A DNA stretch of 64,000 bases from Dehalococcoidia bacterium (GCA_041390625.1 JAWKPM010000010.1:42514-106513); one strand, 5' to 3'; shown: positions 9,426 through 19,830, counted from the first letter of the stretch. Translations and numbers: made by a program. The notes: generated from the letters alone by a model not told the origin.

Positions 9426-9938
9426 ATGCACGTTCGACTGATTCGCATCGGGGCGGTGGCCCTGATGCTCGCGACCGCCCTCGTGTTCGTCGGCTGCTCG
9501 GACGACGAGGCCGACGAGCCGGTGGCAGGCGGCGATCCAACGGCGGCCGCGGATCCCGAGGCCGACCCGGAGGCGGACCCGGTCGCCGGCGGCGGGCACG
9601 AGGTGGGGACGCTCACCAACTTCGACGAGACGGTCGAGGTCGACCTGATGGAGTGGGCCGTGAACCCTGACCGCGCCTCGGTGCCGGCCGGGCTCGTCCG
9701 CTTCGTGGCAACGAACGACGGCAGCGAGGTGCACGAGTTCGTGCTGATCGAGGGCACCTCGAAGGACGGCGAGGAGGTGACGGAGATCGAGGGCATCGCG
9801 CCGGGCGACAGCCGCGAGATTGCCGCCCGCCTCGAGCCGGGGACGTACCAGCTGGCGTGCCTGATCGTGGAGGTCGAGGGCGGTGAGACCGAGGACCACT
9901 ACGACCTCGGGATGCACATCGAGTTCACGGTGGAGTGA
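9426..9938 (+). CDS. Cupredoxin-like lipoprotein (EfeO-N-terminal 'Cup'-like), paralog of 53002-53703
   Basis: ATG at 9426 is 5 nt after GGAGG. Lipobox LVFVGC. The C-terminal ~100 aa align with the EfeU-coupled protein (EWAV.P....AG.VRFVA.N.....HE..L......LEPGTYQLACLI...GE.TEDHY..GMH.EFTVE). Confidence 0.7.
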   Translation: MHVRLIRIGAVALMLATALVFVGCSDDEADEPVAGGDPTAAADPEADPEADPVAGGGHEVGTLTNFDETVEVDLMEWAVNPDRASVPAGLVRFVATNDGSEVHEFVLIEGTSKDGEEVTEIEGIAPGDSREIAARLEPGTYQLACLIVEVEGGETEDHYDLGMHIEFTVE

Positions 9939-9978
9939 GCCCGCGCGCCTCGGCCTTCGATGTAGCATCGAGGGCGTG

Positions 9979-10617
9979 ATGATTGCGCGGTTCGCGGAGT
10001 GGCGGAGCGCCTCGGCGGTGGCCGGGGCGCTCGTCGTCTCCGCGCTGGCCTCGATGGTCGTGGCGTGCTCGGACGGCGGGGACGCTGGTGGCGTGCCGGT
10101 GGCCTCGGATGCCGCATTCATGGTGGTCGAGTCCGACGGGTCGAGACGGGCCGTCGATCACCTCGAGGCGTTGCTCGAGCTGGCAGCGTTCGAGGTGGTG
10201 CTTCCCGCCTCGCTGCCTGAAGGCGTCGAGCTGCAGAGCGCGCAGTTGACGCTGCCCGACCCTCGATTCGAGTCGATGGCGCCCTTCGCCCGAGCGCGCG
10301 CCACGCCGGTGCTTCTCAGCTTTCGGGGCCCCGGCGAGGATGCGGCGCGCGGCTTCGCGGTGATGGAGTACGAGGCCGCCGGCGGCAGTCCGACCACCAT
10401 CGGCGACGCAGGCGCGATCGCCTTCGAGCTGCCCGGTGCCGAGGGTGCTCAACTCCTCGACCTGCCGCTCGATGGCAGGCGAGCGCAGTCGGGGACGTCC
10501 GTCGTGTGGCGCGCGTGTGGCGTCGACTTCGCATTGACAGCGCCGGGGTCAGACGTGATGCCTCGGGAGGAGGTGCTCGACCTCGCGCAGGCGTTCATCA
10601 CGGGGTGCGGGTCGTGA
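9979..10617 (+). CDS. Lipoprotein paralog, single-repeat form (copy 4)
   Basis: Lipobox LASMVVAC. Repeat motif LAAFEVVLPASLPEGVEL. Conserved C-terminus LDLAQAFITGCGS. Confidence 0.7.
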   Translation: MIARFAEWRSASAVAGALVVSALASMVVACSDGGDAGGVPVASDAAFMVVESDGSRRAVDHLEALLELAAFEVVLPASLPEGVELQSAQLTLPDPRFESMAPFARARATPVLLSFRGPGEDAARGFAVMEYEAAGGSPTTIGDAGAIAFELPGAEGAQLLDLPLDGRRAQSGTSVVWRACGVDFALTAPGSDVMPREEVLDLAQAFITGCGS

Positions 10618-10643
10618 GGTCGCGGCTGGGGTAGCATCGCGGC

Positions 10644-11357
10644 ATGACGGCCGTCGTGTCGGAAGTACGTGAGCGGGTGGCGGCGGTGCGTGCGCGCATC
10701 GAGGCGGCGTGCGCGCGGGCGGGGCGCGACCCGGGCGAGGTGACACTCATCGCGGTGTCGAAGACGTTCGGCCTCGATGCGGTGGAGGCGGCGCTCGAGG
10801 CCGGGATCACCGACTTCGGAGAGAACCGGGCGCAGCAGCTGGTGCCGAAGGCGGAAGGCGCGGCCTCGATGGGGTTGCGGCCTCGATGGCACTTCATCGG
10901 ACACCTGCAGCGGAACAAGGCACGCGACGTCGTACCGCACATCGTGGCGCTGCACTCGGTCGACTCGCCACGCCTCGTGACGGCGATCTCGCGAGAAATC
11001 ATGCGCATCGGCGAGCATGGGGCGGCTGCCGATGCGGCAGGGTCGTTGCGCTGTTACCTTGAGGTGAACGTGGCCGGTGAGGCCTCGAAGGAGGGCGTGG
11101 CGCCGGACGCGCTGCCGGCGCTCCTCGAGGCGGCGCGGGCCGCGGACGGCGTCGAGGTCGCGGGGCTGATGACGGTGGCCCCGCTGGCGGCCTCGGCGGA
11201 GGCGGCGCGGCCGGTGTTCGCGGCGCTGCGGGAGCTGGCGAGGTCGCACGGCCTCGATGGGCTCTCGATGGGGATGACGAACGACTTCGAGGTCGCGATC
11301 GAAGAGGGCGCGACCATGGTGCGGGTGGGGCGCGCGATCTTCGGGGAGCGCGACTAG
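10644..11357 (+). CDS. YggS-family pyridoxal-phosphate homeostasis protein (PLPBP)
   Basis: Full-length match to the YggS/PROSC pattern (VTLIAVSKT...GENRAQ...[10 protein letters not shown]...[10 protein letters not shown]). Confidence 0.9.
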   Translation: MTAVVSEVRERVAAVRARIEAACARAGRDPGEVTLIAVSKTFGLDAVEAALEAGITDFGENRAQQLVPKAEGAASMGLRPRWHFIGHLQRNKARDVVPHIVALHSVDSPRLVTAISREIMRIGEHGAAADAAGSLRCYLEVNVAGEASKEGVAPDALPALLEAARAADGVEVAGLMTVAPLAASAEAARPVFAALRELARSHGLDGLSMGMTNDFEVAIEEGATMVRVGRAIFGERD

Positions 11358-11399
11358 CCTCGCGATCGGGCCGGGTGAGACGGGACTCGAGGTAGCGTC

Positions 11400-12203
11400 G
11401 TGCGCATCGGCATCATCGGCGGCGGGTTCATGGGCGAGGCGTTCCTGCGCGGCGTGCTGCGCGCGGAGGTGGCCGCGCCCGGCGACATCGCGGTGGCCGA
11501 GATCTCCTCGGCGCGGCGAACGGCGCTGTCCGGGCACGGCGTGCGTGTCACCGACGACCCGCAGAGCGCCTGCATCGGCGCGGACGTGGTGCTGCTGGCG
11601 GTGAAGCCGCAGGACCTCGAGGGGGCGGGGGGCGACCTGCGAGGGGGCATCCCGGCCTCGGCGGTGGTGGTCTCGATCGCGGCCGGCGTGCCCCTCGATG
11701 CGATCGAGCGCTCCACGGGCCATCGCGCGTGCGTGCGGGTCATGCCGAACCTGCCGGCGGCGATCGGCGAGGGCGCGGCCGTCTTCCTGGCCTCGAGCGG
11801 GGTCTCGGAGGCGCAGCGCCGCCACGTGCGCGCGATCCTCGAGGGGGTCGCGACGGCGGTGGTGGAGGTCGACGACGACGAGGCGGTGGACCTCGCGACG
11901 GCGCTGCACGGATCGGGGCCGGCGTACGTGTACCTGCTGATCGAGGCGCTGGTCGACTCGGCGGTGCGGCTCGGCATGAAGCGGCCGGATGCGCTGAAGC
12001 TCGTTCTCGCCACGGTGGCAGGGTCGGCGCGCTACGCCATCGAGACGGGCACGCACCCGACGGAGCTGCGTAACGCGGTGACCTCGCCGGGCGGGACGAC
12101 GGCGGCGGCGCTCTCGGAGCTCGAGGCGGCGGGGCTGCGTGCGGCCATCGATGACGCGGTACAGGCGGCGTTCGACCGCGCGCAGGAACTGGGAGAGTCG
12201 TAG
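11400..12203 (+). CDS. proC: Pyrroline-5-carboxylate reductase
   Basis: GTG start. N-terminal Rossmann IGIIGGGFMG. The C-terminal P5CR signature (GSGPAYVYL...SPGGTT) is present. Confidence 0.9.
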   Translation: MRIGIIGGGFMGEAFLRGVLRAEVAAPGDIAVAEISSARRTALSGHGVRVTDDPQSACIGADVVLLAVKPQDLEGAGGDLRGGIPASAVVVSIAAGVPLDAIERSTGHRACVRVMPNLPAAIGEGAAVFLASSGVSEAQRRHVRAILEGVATAVVEVDDDEAVDLATALHGSGPAYVYLLIEALVDSAVRLGMKRPDALKLVLATVAGSARYAIETGTHPTELRNAVTSPGGTTAAALSELEAAGLRAAIDDAVQAAFDRAQELGES

Positions 12204-12458
12204 ATGGATCAGCTGATCGAGATCATCCGGCTCGGGCTGCAGATCCTGATCTTCGCGATCTTCGCCCGCTCCATCCTCACGTGGTTCCCGATCGACCGGA
12301 ACGGGCCGGTGTTCCAGGCGTTGGACGCGATCACGGAGCCTATCCTCGACCCGCTGCGCCGGGTCATTCCGCTGGTTGGGATGATCGACATCACCCCGAT
12401 GGTGGCGATCCTACTGCTGCTGTTCATCTCCTCGGCGCTGGGCTCGGGGTCTTTCTAA
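12204..12458 (+). CDS. YggT-family membrane protein
   Basis: 84 aa with 2 TM helices and a YggT-like sequence (ILTWFPI...LDPLRRVIP..G.IDI.P). Confidence 0.8.
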   Translation: MDQLIEIIRLGLQILIFAIFARSILTWFPIDRNGPVFQALDAITEPILDPLRRVIPLVGMIDITPMVAILLLLFISSALGSGSF

Positions 12459-12605
12459 CGCCTCGACGGACCAAGAGCGAGGTCGGCCCTGCGGGCCGGC
12501 GTGCCCGCCCACCCACCCTTCCTGCATCGAGGGGCTCCGCCCATGGAACTCCCCGCGGAGCAGGATCCGTTGCGCCCGCGTCCTCCTGCGACTCCTAGAG
12601 CCGAG

Positions 12606-12875
12606 TCAGTCCCTCGAGAGGCGTGCCGCGAGATCGGCGGGCTCGAGGCCCTCGACCTCGACGAGCTTGGTGCGGGCGGTGGCGCCGCTCACGAGGGTGA
12701 TCGCGCCTCGGGGGACGCGGAGGTGGCGCGCGAGGAGGCGGACCAGGGCCTCGTTGGCGCGTCCGTCGACGGGCGGGGCGGTGACGCGCACGCGGAGGGT
12801 GGCGGTTGCGGCCTCGAAGTCGCCGACCTCGTCTCGGGAGGCGCGCGGGGTGAGGCGGACGGTCAGGCGGGCCAC
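12606..12875 (-). CDS. DUF167 (YggU-like) protein
   Basis: GTG start chosen at 12875. Pattern ..VRVTAPPVDGRANEALVRLLARHLRVPRGAITLVSGATARTKLVEVEG is the DUF167 signature. Convergent with the yggS-proC-yggT genes. Confidence 0.6.
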   Translation of the reverse strand: MARLTVRLTPRASRDEVGDFEAATATLRVRVTAPPVDGRANEALVRLLARHLRVPRGAITLVSGATARTKLVEVEGLEPADLAARLSRD

Positions 12876-13020
12876 GGCGTGCCTCGATGCTCCGCGCCTC
12901 GGTGGCCTCGATGGCCCGCTCTTCGACTCGGTGCGGGCTGTGGATAACCCTGTGGATGGGAACTCACGGCCTCGTGGGTAAGTCGTTCGCAACTCGATGC
13001 TGAGTGATGTTCGCATAGAG

Positions 13021-13053
13021 TCGAACACATGTTTGACACCGAACACCCGTTCG
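13021..13053. promoter_or_regulatory. Two tandem Cheo-type LexA/SOS boxes upstream of recA
   Basis: TCGAACACATGTTTGA at 13021-13036 and CGAACACCCGTTCG at 13040-13053, both CGAAC-N4-GTT(C/T)G. They lie ~90-120 nt upstream of the recA ATG. Confidence 0.6.
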
Positions 13054-13140
13054 CATAGTCTCCGACCTGCCCAGCGCAGGACAGGCCGTACCGCGGCCGC
13101 GCCGGCAGGGATACCCTGAGGCACACAAGGAGAGTGAACC

Positions 13141-14292
<1,152 letters not shown>

Positions 14293-14293
14293 G

Positions 14294-14312
14294 CGCCTCG
14301 ACCCTCGAGGCG
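14294..14312 (+). terminator. Hairpin CGCCTCGA-ccc-TCGAGGCG immediately after the recA stop
   Basis: Perfect 8-bp inverted repeat. No T-tract. Lies 7 nt before the next start codon. Confidence 0.3.
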
Positions 14313-14318
14313 AGCTGG

Positions 14319-14855
14319 ATGGCGGGCTGGGCCGAGTTTGCAGGCGGAAGCGCCGAGGTGCTCCGCGTCGCAGATGGAACGACCGACGACCCTCGAGGGC
14401 ACGAGTGGCGCGTCCTCGAGGGTGGTGCGGCCTCGATCGCCGCGGCGGGCGAGCGCCTGCTGGCGGCCTCGCCGGCCGGCATCGCACTCCTGGCGACCGT
14501 CGCACGCGACGGCGGGGCGCGCATTCACCCCTTCATGCCTCGGGTGATCGACGGCGCGCTCGTGGCGTTCGTAATCACGGACTCGCCGAAGCTGCGCGAC
14601 CTCCTCGATGGCCGCCTATGCGCGATCCACTCGGGGCTCGCCGAGGAGGACGAGGAGTTCTGGGTGCGCGGCCGCGGCAGCATCGTTGACGAGCCTCGGA
14701 GGGTGGAGCGGGCCCTCGAAGCGATGGACTGGGCAAAGCCGGAGCTCGAGGTCCTCGTGGAGTTCGACCTCGTGGCGGCCGGCTGGACGCGCTGGCTCGA
14801 CTTCGGGACGCCGCGCCACCGGCCCCTGCACCATCGGTGGCGAGCGGCCTCGTGA
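14319..14855 (+). CDS. Pyridoxamine 5'-phosphate oxidase-like FMN-binding split-barrel protein (hypothetical)
   Basis: 178 aa with PPOX-like N-terminal pattern. The assignment is tentative. Confidence 0.5.
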   Translation: MAGWAEFAGGSAEVLRVADGTTDDPRGHEWRVLEGGAASIAAAGERLLAASPAGIALLATVARDGGARIHPFMPRVIDGALVAFVITDSPKLRDLLDGRLCAIHSGLAEEDEEFWVRGRGSIVDEPRRVERALEAMDWAKPELEVLVEFDLVAAGWTRWLDFGTPRHRPLHHRWRAAS

Positions 14856-14890
14856 CAGCGTCGAGCACCCTCGATGCTCGTGCGCCGAGC

Positions 14891-15211
14891 CTACTGGCCG
14901 GGCGGGCGGAAGGTCGGGGACTTCTTCACGGCCTCGTCCAGCTCCTCGGCGGTCATGAGCACGACCGTCTCGACGGCCACCGTGCCAGTCGCGGCCGCCG
15001 TGAGCGCCACGCTGGCCATCGCCGCGTTGTCGGGCATGTCTACGATGACGTAGATGTCGGTGTCGCCGAAGGCGTAGTAGAGACTCTCGATCTTGCCGCC
15101 CAACGAGCCGACCAGCTGCTCGACCGCTTCGCGGCGACGCGTGCCGCCCTCCTGCAGCAACCCTCGGAGCCCGTCTCCAACGTAGTTGCCTCGAATCAGG
15201 TACCTGGGCAT
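14891..15211 (-). CDS. GYD domain protein
   Basis: MPRYLIRGNYVGDG...GGKIESLYYAFGDTDIYVIVDMPDN is the GYD-family signature. Confidence 0.75.
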   Translation of the reverse strand: MPRYLIRGNYVGDGLRGLLQEGGTRRREAVEQLVGSLGGKIESLYYAFGDTDIYVIVDMPDNAAMASVALTAAATGTVAVETVVLMTAEELDEAVKKSPTFRPPGQ

Positions 15212-15282
15212 GGGAGCCTCCCCGCTGCACCGTCCTCGGTTGGGGCGGTCGTCGCCCTCGTATTACCACAGGGCACGGTCCG

Positions 15283-15825
15283 ATGAGTCCGATGCGACAG
15301 CGGGGCGTGCGCGACCCCTCGACGTACGGGACGCCCGAGGAGGAGGCGCGGCGGGCGCTGAAGAAGGCGGTCGACCTGCTGTCCAGGCGGGGGTACGCGA
15401 CCTCGGAGCTGCGCAAGCGCCTCGAGCGGCAGGGGCCACCGGAGGCCGCGGCCTCGGCGGTCGCACGCCTCGAGGCGGCGGGCTTCCTCGATGACGGCGC
15501 TTGGGCGGCGTCATACGTCGATGGACCTCGAGGGCGGGAGCGGTCGCGGGCGATGCTGCGGCGGGACCTGCGCTCGAAGGGCGTCGAGGACGAGGTGGCG
15601 GCCTCGGCTCTCGCGGAGCACGACGACCGCGCGGCGGCCCTCGAGACGGCGCGGAAGCGCGTGCGGTCGCTCATGCGCCTCGAGCCGGAGGTGCGGGCGC
15701 GAAGGCTGCGCGACTACCTGCTGCGTCGGGGCTTCAGCGGTTCGGTGGTGCGCGCCACGCTCGAGGTCGTGCTGACCTCGGTGCCGGGTGACGACCTCGA
15801 TGGGTTCGCTTCCCTCGGCGAGTAG
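15283..15825 (+). CDS. recX: Regulatory protein RecX
   Basis: Three-helix-repeat RecX pattern (ALKKAVDLLSRRGYATSELRKRL ... AASYVD ... LRRGF). Located downstream of recA. Confidence 0.8.
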   Translation: MSPMRQRGVRDPSTYGTPEEEARRALKKAVDLLSRRGYATSELRKRLERQGPPEAAASAVARLEAAGFLDDGAWAASYVDGPRGRERSRAMLRRDLRSKGVEDEVAASALAEHDDRAAALETARKRVRSLMRLEPEVRARRLRDYLLRRGFSGSVVRATLEVVLTSVPGDDLDGFASLGE

Positions 15826-16006
15826 GTCCTGTCTCGGCTGCCGCAGGGGCATCGGGCCATCGTCCGTCGGGGTATGTCCGCCTCGCTCGGGCCGGTGGGG
15901 AGCGCTACGATAGGCGAGCAGGGCGCCGCCGAGCGCCTTTGCTTGTTATGTCGTCGCGAGTAGCTGCCTTTGAGGCGCTGCTGTTGACCCGAATCGGAGC
16001 ACATCA

Positions 16007-17539
16007 ATGGACAGCATCGTCGTGATCGCGCTCGTGGGCGTGGTCGCGCTGGCGGTCGGAGCCGCAGGCAGCTTCATGTACCTGCGATCCGGCGCCTCGG
16101 GCCTCGTCGCCGACGCGCGTCGCGAGGCGGACCGCCTGCGCGCGGACGCCGAAGCGGACCGCCGGCAGATTCAGGTCGCGGCCCAGGAGGACGCGATCGG
16201 CTACCGCAAGGAGGTCGAGGACGAGCTGCGCGAACAGCGCCGCGAGGCCACGCGCATCGAACGTCGACTCGAGCAGCGCGAGGAAGGCATCGAGCGTCGC
16301 GCGGAGTCGCTGGAGCGCGGCGAGCAGTCCGTGCGGGACCGCGAGAAGCACCTCGAGAACCTCGAGCGCGAGCTGAGCGAGCGAGCAGACGCATCGCGTG
16401 CGGAACTCGAGCGGATCGCCGGGCTGACCATCGATGAGGCGCGGGCGGAGCTCCTCGACGAGCTCGACCTCGAGCTCCGGGACGAGGCGGCCCGCCGGGT
16501 GCGCGCGATGGAGGGCTCGGCGAAGGCGGAGGCCGACGCGCGGGCGCGCAAGCTGCTCGCGACGGTGATGCAGCGCATGACGTCGGAGATCACCTCGGAG
16601 ACGACGGTCTCGGTGGTGCCCATCCCCTCGGAGGAGATCAAGGGCCGCATCATCGGCCGCGAGGGGCGCAACATTCGTGCCTTCGAGGCGGCGACCGGCT
16701 GCGACCTCATCATCGACGACACGCCGGACGTCGTGACCGTCTCAGGCTTCGACCCGGTGCGGCGCGAGGTCGCCCGTATGGCCCTCGCGCGACTGATCCA
16801 GGACGGGCGCATTCAGCCGACGCGCATCGAGGAGGCGGTCGACCGCGCGCGCGCCGAAGTGGACCGCGTCATCCAGGAGGCGGGTGACCAGGCCACCCTC
16901 GATGCCGAGGTGACGGGTCTGCACCCCGAGATCGTGAAGACCCTCGGGCGGCTGCGCTTCCGCTTCTCCTACGGGCAGAACCAGCTGCGGCACTGCATCG
17001 AGACGTCCTGGCTGGCGGCGGCGGTCGCGGCCGAGGTGGGCGCGGACATCGAAGTGGCGCGCGTCGGCGGGCTGCTGCACGACCTCGGCAAGGCGGTAGA
17101 CCGCGAGCAGGAGGGCACACACGCCTCGATTGGCGCAGACATCGCCAAGCGGTTCGGCGTGCCTCGCGAGGTCGTTCACTGCATCGAAGCGCACCACGAA
17201 GAAGTACGGCCAGAGACGACCGAGGCGCTCATCGTGATCATCGCCGACGCCATGTCGGGGAGCCGCCCGGGCGCGCGTCGGGAGTCGGCGGACGAATACG
17301 TGAAGCGCCTCGAGTCTCTGGAGGCGATCGCGAACTCGTTCAACGGCGTGCAGCAGTCCTTCGCCATCCAGGCGGGCCGCGAGGTGCGCATCATCGTCGA
17401 GCCGGAGCGCATCGACGACCTCGAGGCGATGCGGCTCGCGCGCGACGTCTCGAAGAAGATCGAGGAGACGCTGCAGTACCCCGGCGTCATCAAGGTGACG
17501 GTGGTGCGCGAGACGCGGGCGTCAGCGGTCGCGCACTAG
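16007..17539 (+). CDS. rny: Ribonuclease Y
   Basis: N-terminal TM helix, coiled coil, KH domain (IKGRIIGREGRNIRAFE) and HD domain (HCIETSWLAAAVAAEVGADIEVARVGGLLHDLGKA). 510 aa. Confidence 0.95.
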   Translation: MDSIVVIALVGVVALAVGAAGSFMYLRSGASGLVADARREADRLRADAEADRRQIQVAAQEDAIGYRKEVEDELREQRREATRIERRLEQREEGIERRAESLERGEQSVRDREKHLENLERELSERADASRAELERIAGLTIDEARAELLDELDLELRDEAARRVRAMEGSAKAEADARARKLLATVMQRMTSEITSETTVSVVPIPSEEIKGRIIGREGRNIRAFEAATGCDLIIDDTPDVVTVSGFDPVRREVARMALARLIQDGRIQPTRIEEAVDRARAEVDRVIQEAGDQATLDAEVTGLHPEIVKTLGRLRFRFSYGQNQLRHCIETSWLAAAVAAEVGADIEVARVGGLLHDLGKAVDREQEGTHASIGADIAKRFGVPREVVHCIEAHHEEVRPETTEALIVIIADAMSGSRPGARRESADEYVKRLESLEAIANSFNGVQQSFAIQAGREVRIIVEPERIDDLEAMRLARDVSKKIEETLQYPGVIKVTVVRETRASAVAH

Positions 17540-17540
17540 C

Positions 17541-18371
17541 GTGCGGGTCCTCCTCGCCGGCGACGTGGTGGGACGGCCGGGCCGTGATGCGGTCCGGGCG
17601 ATCCTGCCGGGGCTGCGCGAGGAGCTGGGCCTCGACCTCGTGGTGGTGAACGCGGAGAACGCGGCCGCGGGGCGCGGGCTCACGGTGCGCCTCGCGAACG
17701 AGCTCTTTCAGGCCGGGGTCGACGTGCTGACCTCGGGCAACCACATCTTCAACGTGCGCGAATTCGTGCCCGCCCTCGATGGGCCGCTGCCGATCCTGCG
17801 GCCTGCGAACTATCCCGCGGGAGTGCCGGGGCGCGGCGTCCTCGAGGTGGGCGGAGCGACGCCCGTCACGATCGTGAACCTCATGGGGCGCACCTTCATG
17901 CCGGTCGCCGTCGACGACCCGTTCGCCGCCGTCGACACGATCCTCGAGGGGATCGCACCGGGCTCGGTCGTGCTCGTCGACTTCCACGCGGAGGCGACGA
18001 GCGAGAAGCAGGCGCTCGGCTGGTACCTCGATGGCCGCGTCTCGGTGGTGGTGGGGACGCACACGCACGTGCCGACGGCGGACCAGCGCGTGCTGCCGCA
18101 GGGCACGGCGTACGTCTCCGACCTCGGGATGTGCGGAGCGCTCGACTCGGTGATCGGCGACGACGTGACCTCGGTGATCACGCGGTTCACGACGAGCATG
18201 CCGACGCGGCTGCCGCCGGCCGAGGTGCCGCCCGGCGCCGAGGTGATGATCAACGCGGTGGTCGTCGACATCGACGAGACAACGGGGCGGGCGTGGAGCA
18301 TCGAGCGGGTGGACCGCCGCTGCCGCCTCGATGAGGCGGGCGGGGACCTCGAGGGTGGAGGTGGCGCGTGA
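17541..18371 (+). CDS. YmdB-like metallophosphoesterase (TIGR00282 family)
   Basis: GTG start 1 nt after the rny stop. MRVLLAGDVVGRPGR...NAENAAAGRG...TSGNH...GTHTHV. Confidence 0.85.
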   Translation: MRVLLAGDVVGRPGRDAVRAILPGLREELGLDLVVVNAENAAAGRGLTVRLANELFQAGVDVLTSGNHIFNVREFVPALDGPLPILRPANYPAGVPGRGVLEVGGATPVTIVNLMGRTFMPVAVDDPFAAVDTILEGIAPGSVVLVDFHAEATSEKQALGWYLDGRVSVVVGTHTHVPTADQRVLPQGTAYVSDLGMCGALDSVIGDDVTSVITRFTTSMPTRLPPAEVPPGAEVMINAVVVDIDETTGRAWSIERVDRRCRLDEAGGDLEGGGGA

Positions 18372-19228
18372 GCATCGGCGACTTCCACACGCACTCGACG
18401 CGCTCGGACGGGATGCTGACGCCGACACAGCTGGTGGATCTCGCGGCCTCGAGGGGCGTGCGGGTGATGGCGCTCACGGACCACGACACGCTGGACGGCC
18501 TCGACGAGGCGCGCGCGGCGGCGGCGCGACACCCGGGCTTCCTCCTCGTGCCGGGAGTCGAGCTCTCGGCGGACCTGCCGGGGCGCGAGCTGCACATGCT
18601 GGGGCTATTCGTCGACGAGACGAACGAACGGCTGCTGTCGGACCTCGCGCGGTTCCGCGAGGGGCGCATCGAGCGCGGGCGGAGGACCGTCGAGGCCCTC
18701 GAGGCGGCGGGCGTGCCGGTCGACTGGGCGCGAGTGCAGGAGATCGCCGGTGACGCCTCGGTGGGTCGCCCGCACGTGGCGCGCGCGCTCCTCGAGGCGG
18801 GGCACGTCGAGACGATCAACGAGGCGTTCGACCGCTTCCTCGGGCGCGGGCAGCCGGCCTACTTCGAGCGGGAGACGCTGTCGCCCTCGGAGGCGATCGC
18901 CATGATCCGGGGGGCGGGCGGCCTCGCGCTGTTCGCGCACCCCTCCTTCACGAACGAGTACGAGCAGGTGGCGGCGGACCTGGCGGCCGAGGGGCTGTTC
19001 GGCCTGGAGGCCTACTACAAGAACTACGAGCCCGAGCTCGTCGAGTCGCTGCGGGCCATGGCGGAGCGCCTCGGTCTGTTCGCTCTCGGTGGCTCGGACT
19101 ACCACGGGATGGACCGCTCGGACGAGCGTGAGCCGGGCGACATCCCGCTGCCGGACGAGGTGGTGTGGTCGTTCCTCGAGGCGGCGCGGGCGGCGGGGTG
19201 CCGGGTGCCCGAGCCGACGCCGGCCTGA
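18368..19228 (+). CDS. PHP-domain phosphoesterase (TrpH/YciV-like)
   Basis: GTG start that overlaps the upstream stop. IGDFHTHSTRSDG ... ALTDHDT ... GGSDYHG. Confidence 0.85.
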   Translation: MSIGDFHTHSTRSDGMLTPTQLVDLAASRGVRVMALTDHDTLDGLDEARAAAARHPGFLLVPGVELSADLPGRELHMLGLFVDETNERLLSDLARFREGRIERGRRTVEALEAAGVPVDWARVQEIAGDASVGRPHVARALLEAGHVETINEAFDRFLGRGQPAYFERETLSPSEAIAMIRGAGGLALFAHPSFTNEYEQVAADLAAEGLFGLEAYYKNYEPELVESLRAMAERLGLFALGGSDYHGMDRSDEREPGDIPLPDEVVWSFLEAARAAGCRVPEPTPA

Positions 19229-19259
19229 TCGAGGACCGCACCGGAGATTCGAGGTCGCC

Positions 19260-19793
19260 ATGACGACGAGCGCGCAGCCGGGCCCCGAGCAGGTGGTCTA
19301 CTGCGCACGTCACCCGGACGTGGAGACGGCGCTCACGTGCGGGCGCTGCGGGACGCCGATCTGCCCTCGCTGCATGGTGCACACGCCCGGCGGCATCCGA
19401 TGCCCCGACTGCGCGCAGCTGCGCCGGCCGCCGATGTACGAGCTGTCGGCGAGCGACTACCTCAAGGCCGGCGGCGCCGCACTCGTCGTCGGCATGCTGC
19501 TCGGCCTCGTCGGCGCGGTGATCCTGCCGGCAGGCGCGCGCTTCGGGTTCTTCGGTCTGCTCATCGCGTTCTTCGTCGGGACCGGCGCGGGGGCCGTGGT
19601 CGCGGAGGCGATGCAGCGGGTGACCCGCGCGAAGCGCGGGATGGGGATGCAGGCGCTGGCGACGGCGGGCCTCGGCCTGGCATACGTCGAGCGGCTGGTG
19701 CTGAGCGGCGGGCTGGACCTGGCGCTGCAGGACCTGGTCGGCATCCTGATGGTGGCGGTGGCGGTCGGCGCGGCCTGGAGCCGGCTGCGCTAG
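19260..19793 (+). CDS. Membrane protein with N-terminal zinc-ribbon (4 Cys pairs) and 3-4 TM helices
   Basis: MTTS...YCARHPDVETALTCGRCGTPICPRCMVHTPGGIRCPDC, then a hydrophobic C-terminal half. Confidence 0.6.
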   Translation: MTTSAQPGPEQVVYCARHPDVETALTCGRCGTPICPRCMVHTPGGIRCPDCAQLRRPPMYELSASDYLKAGGAALVVGMLLGLVGAVILPAGARFGFFGLLIAFFVGTGAGAVVAEAMQRVTRAKRGMGMQALATAGLGLAYVERLVLSGGLDLALQDLVGILMVAVAVGAAWSRLR

Positions 19794-19830
19794 GCGTCGA
19801 CGGCTCGACGCGCCTCGATGCTCGCCCTCG

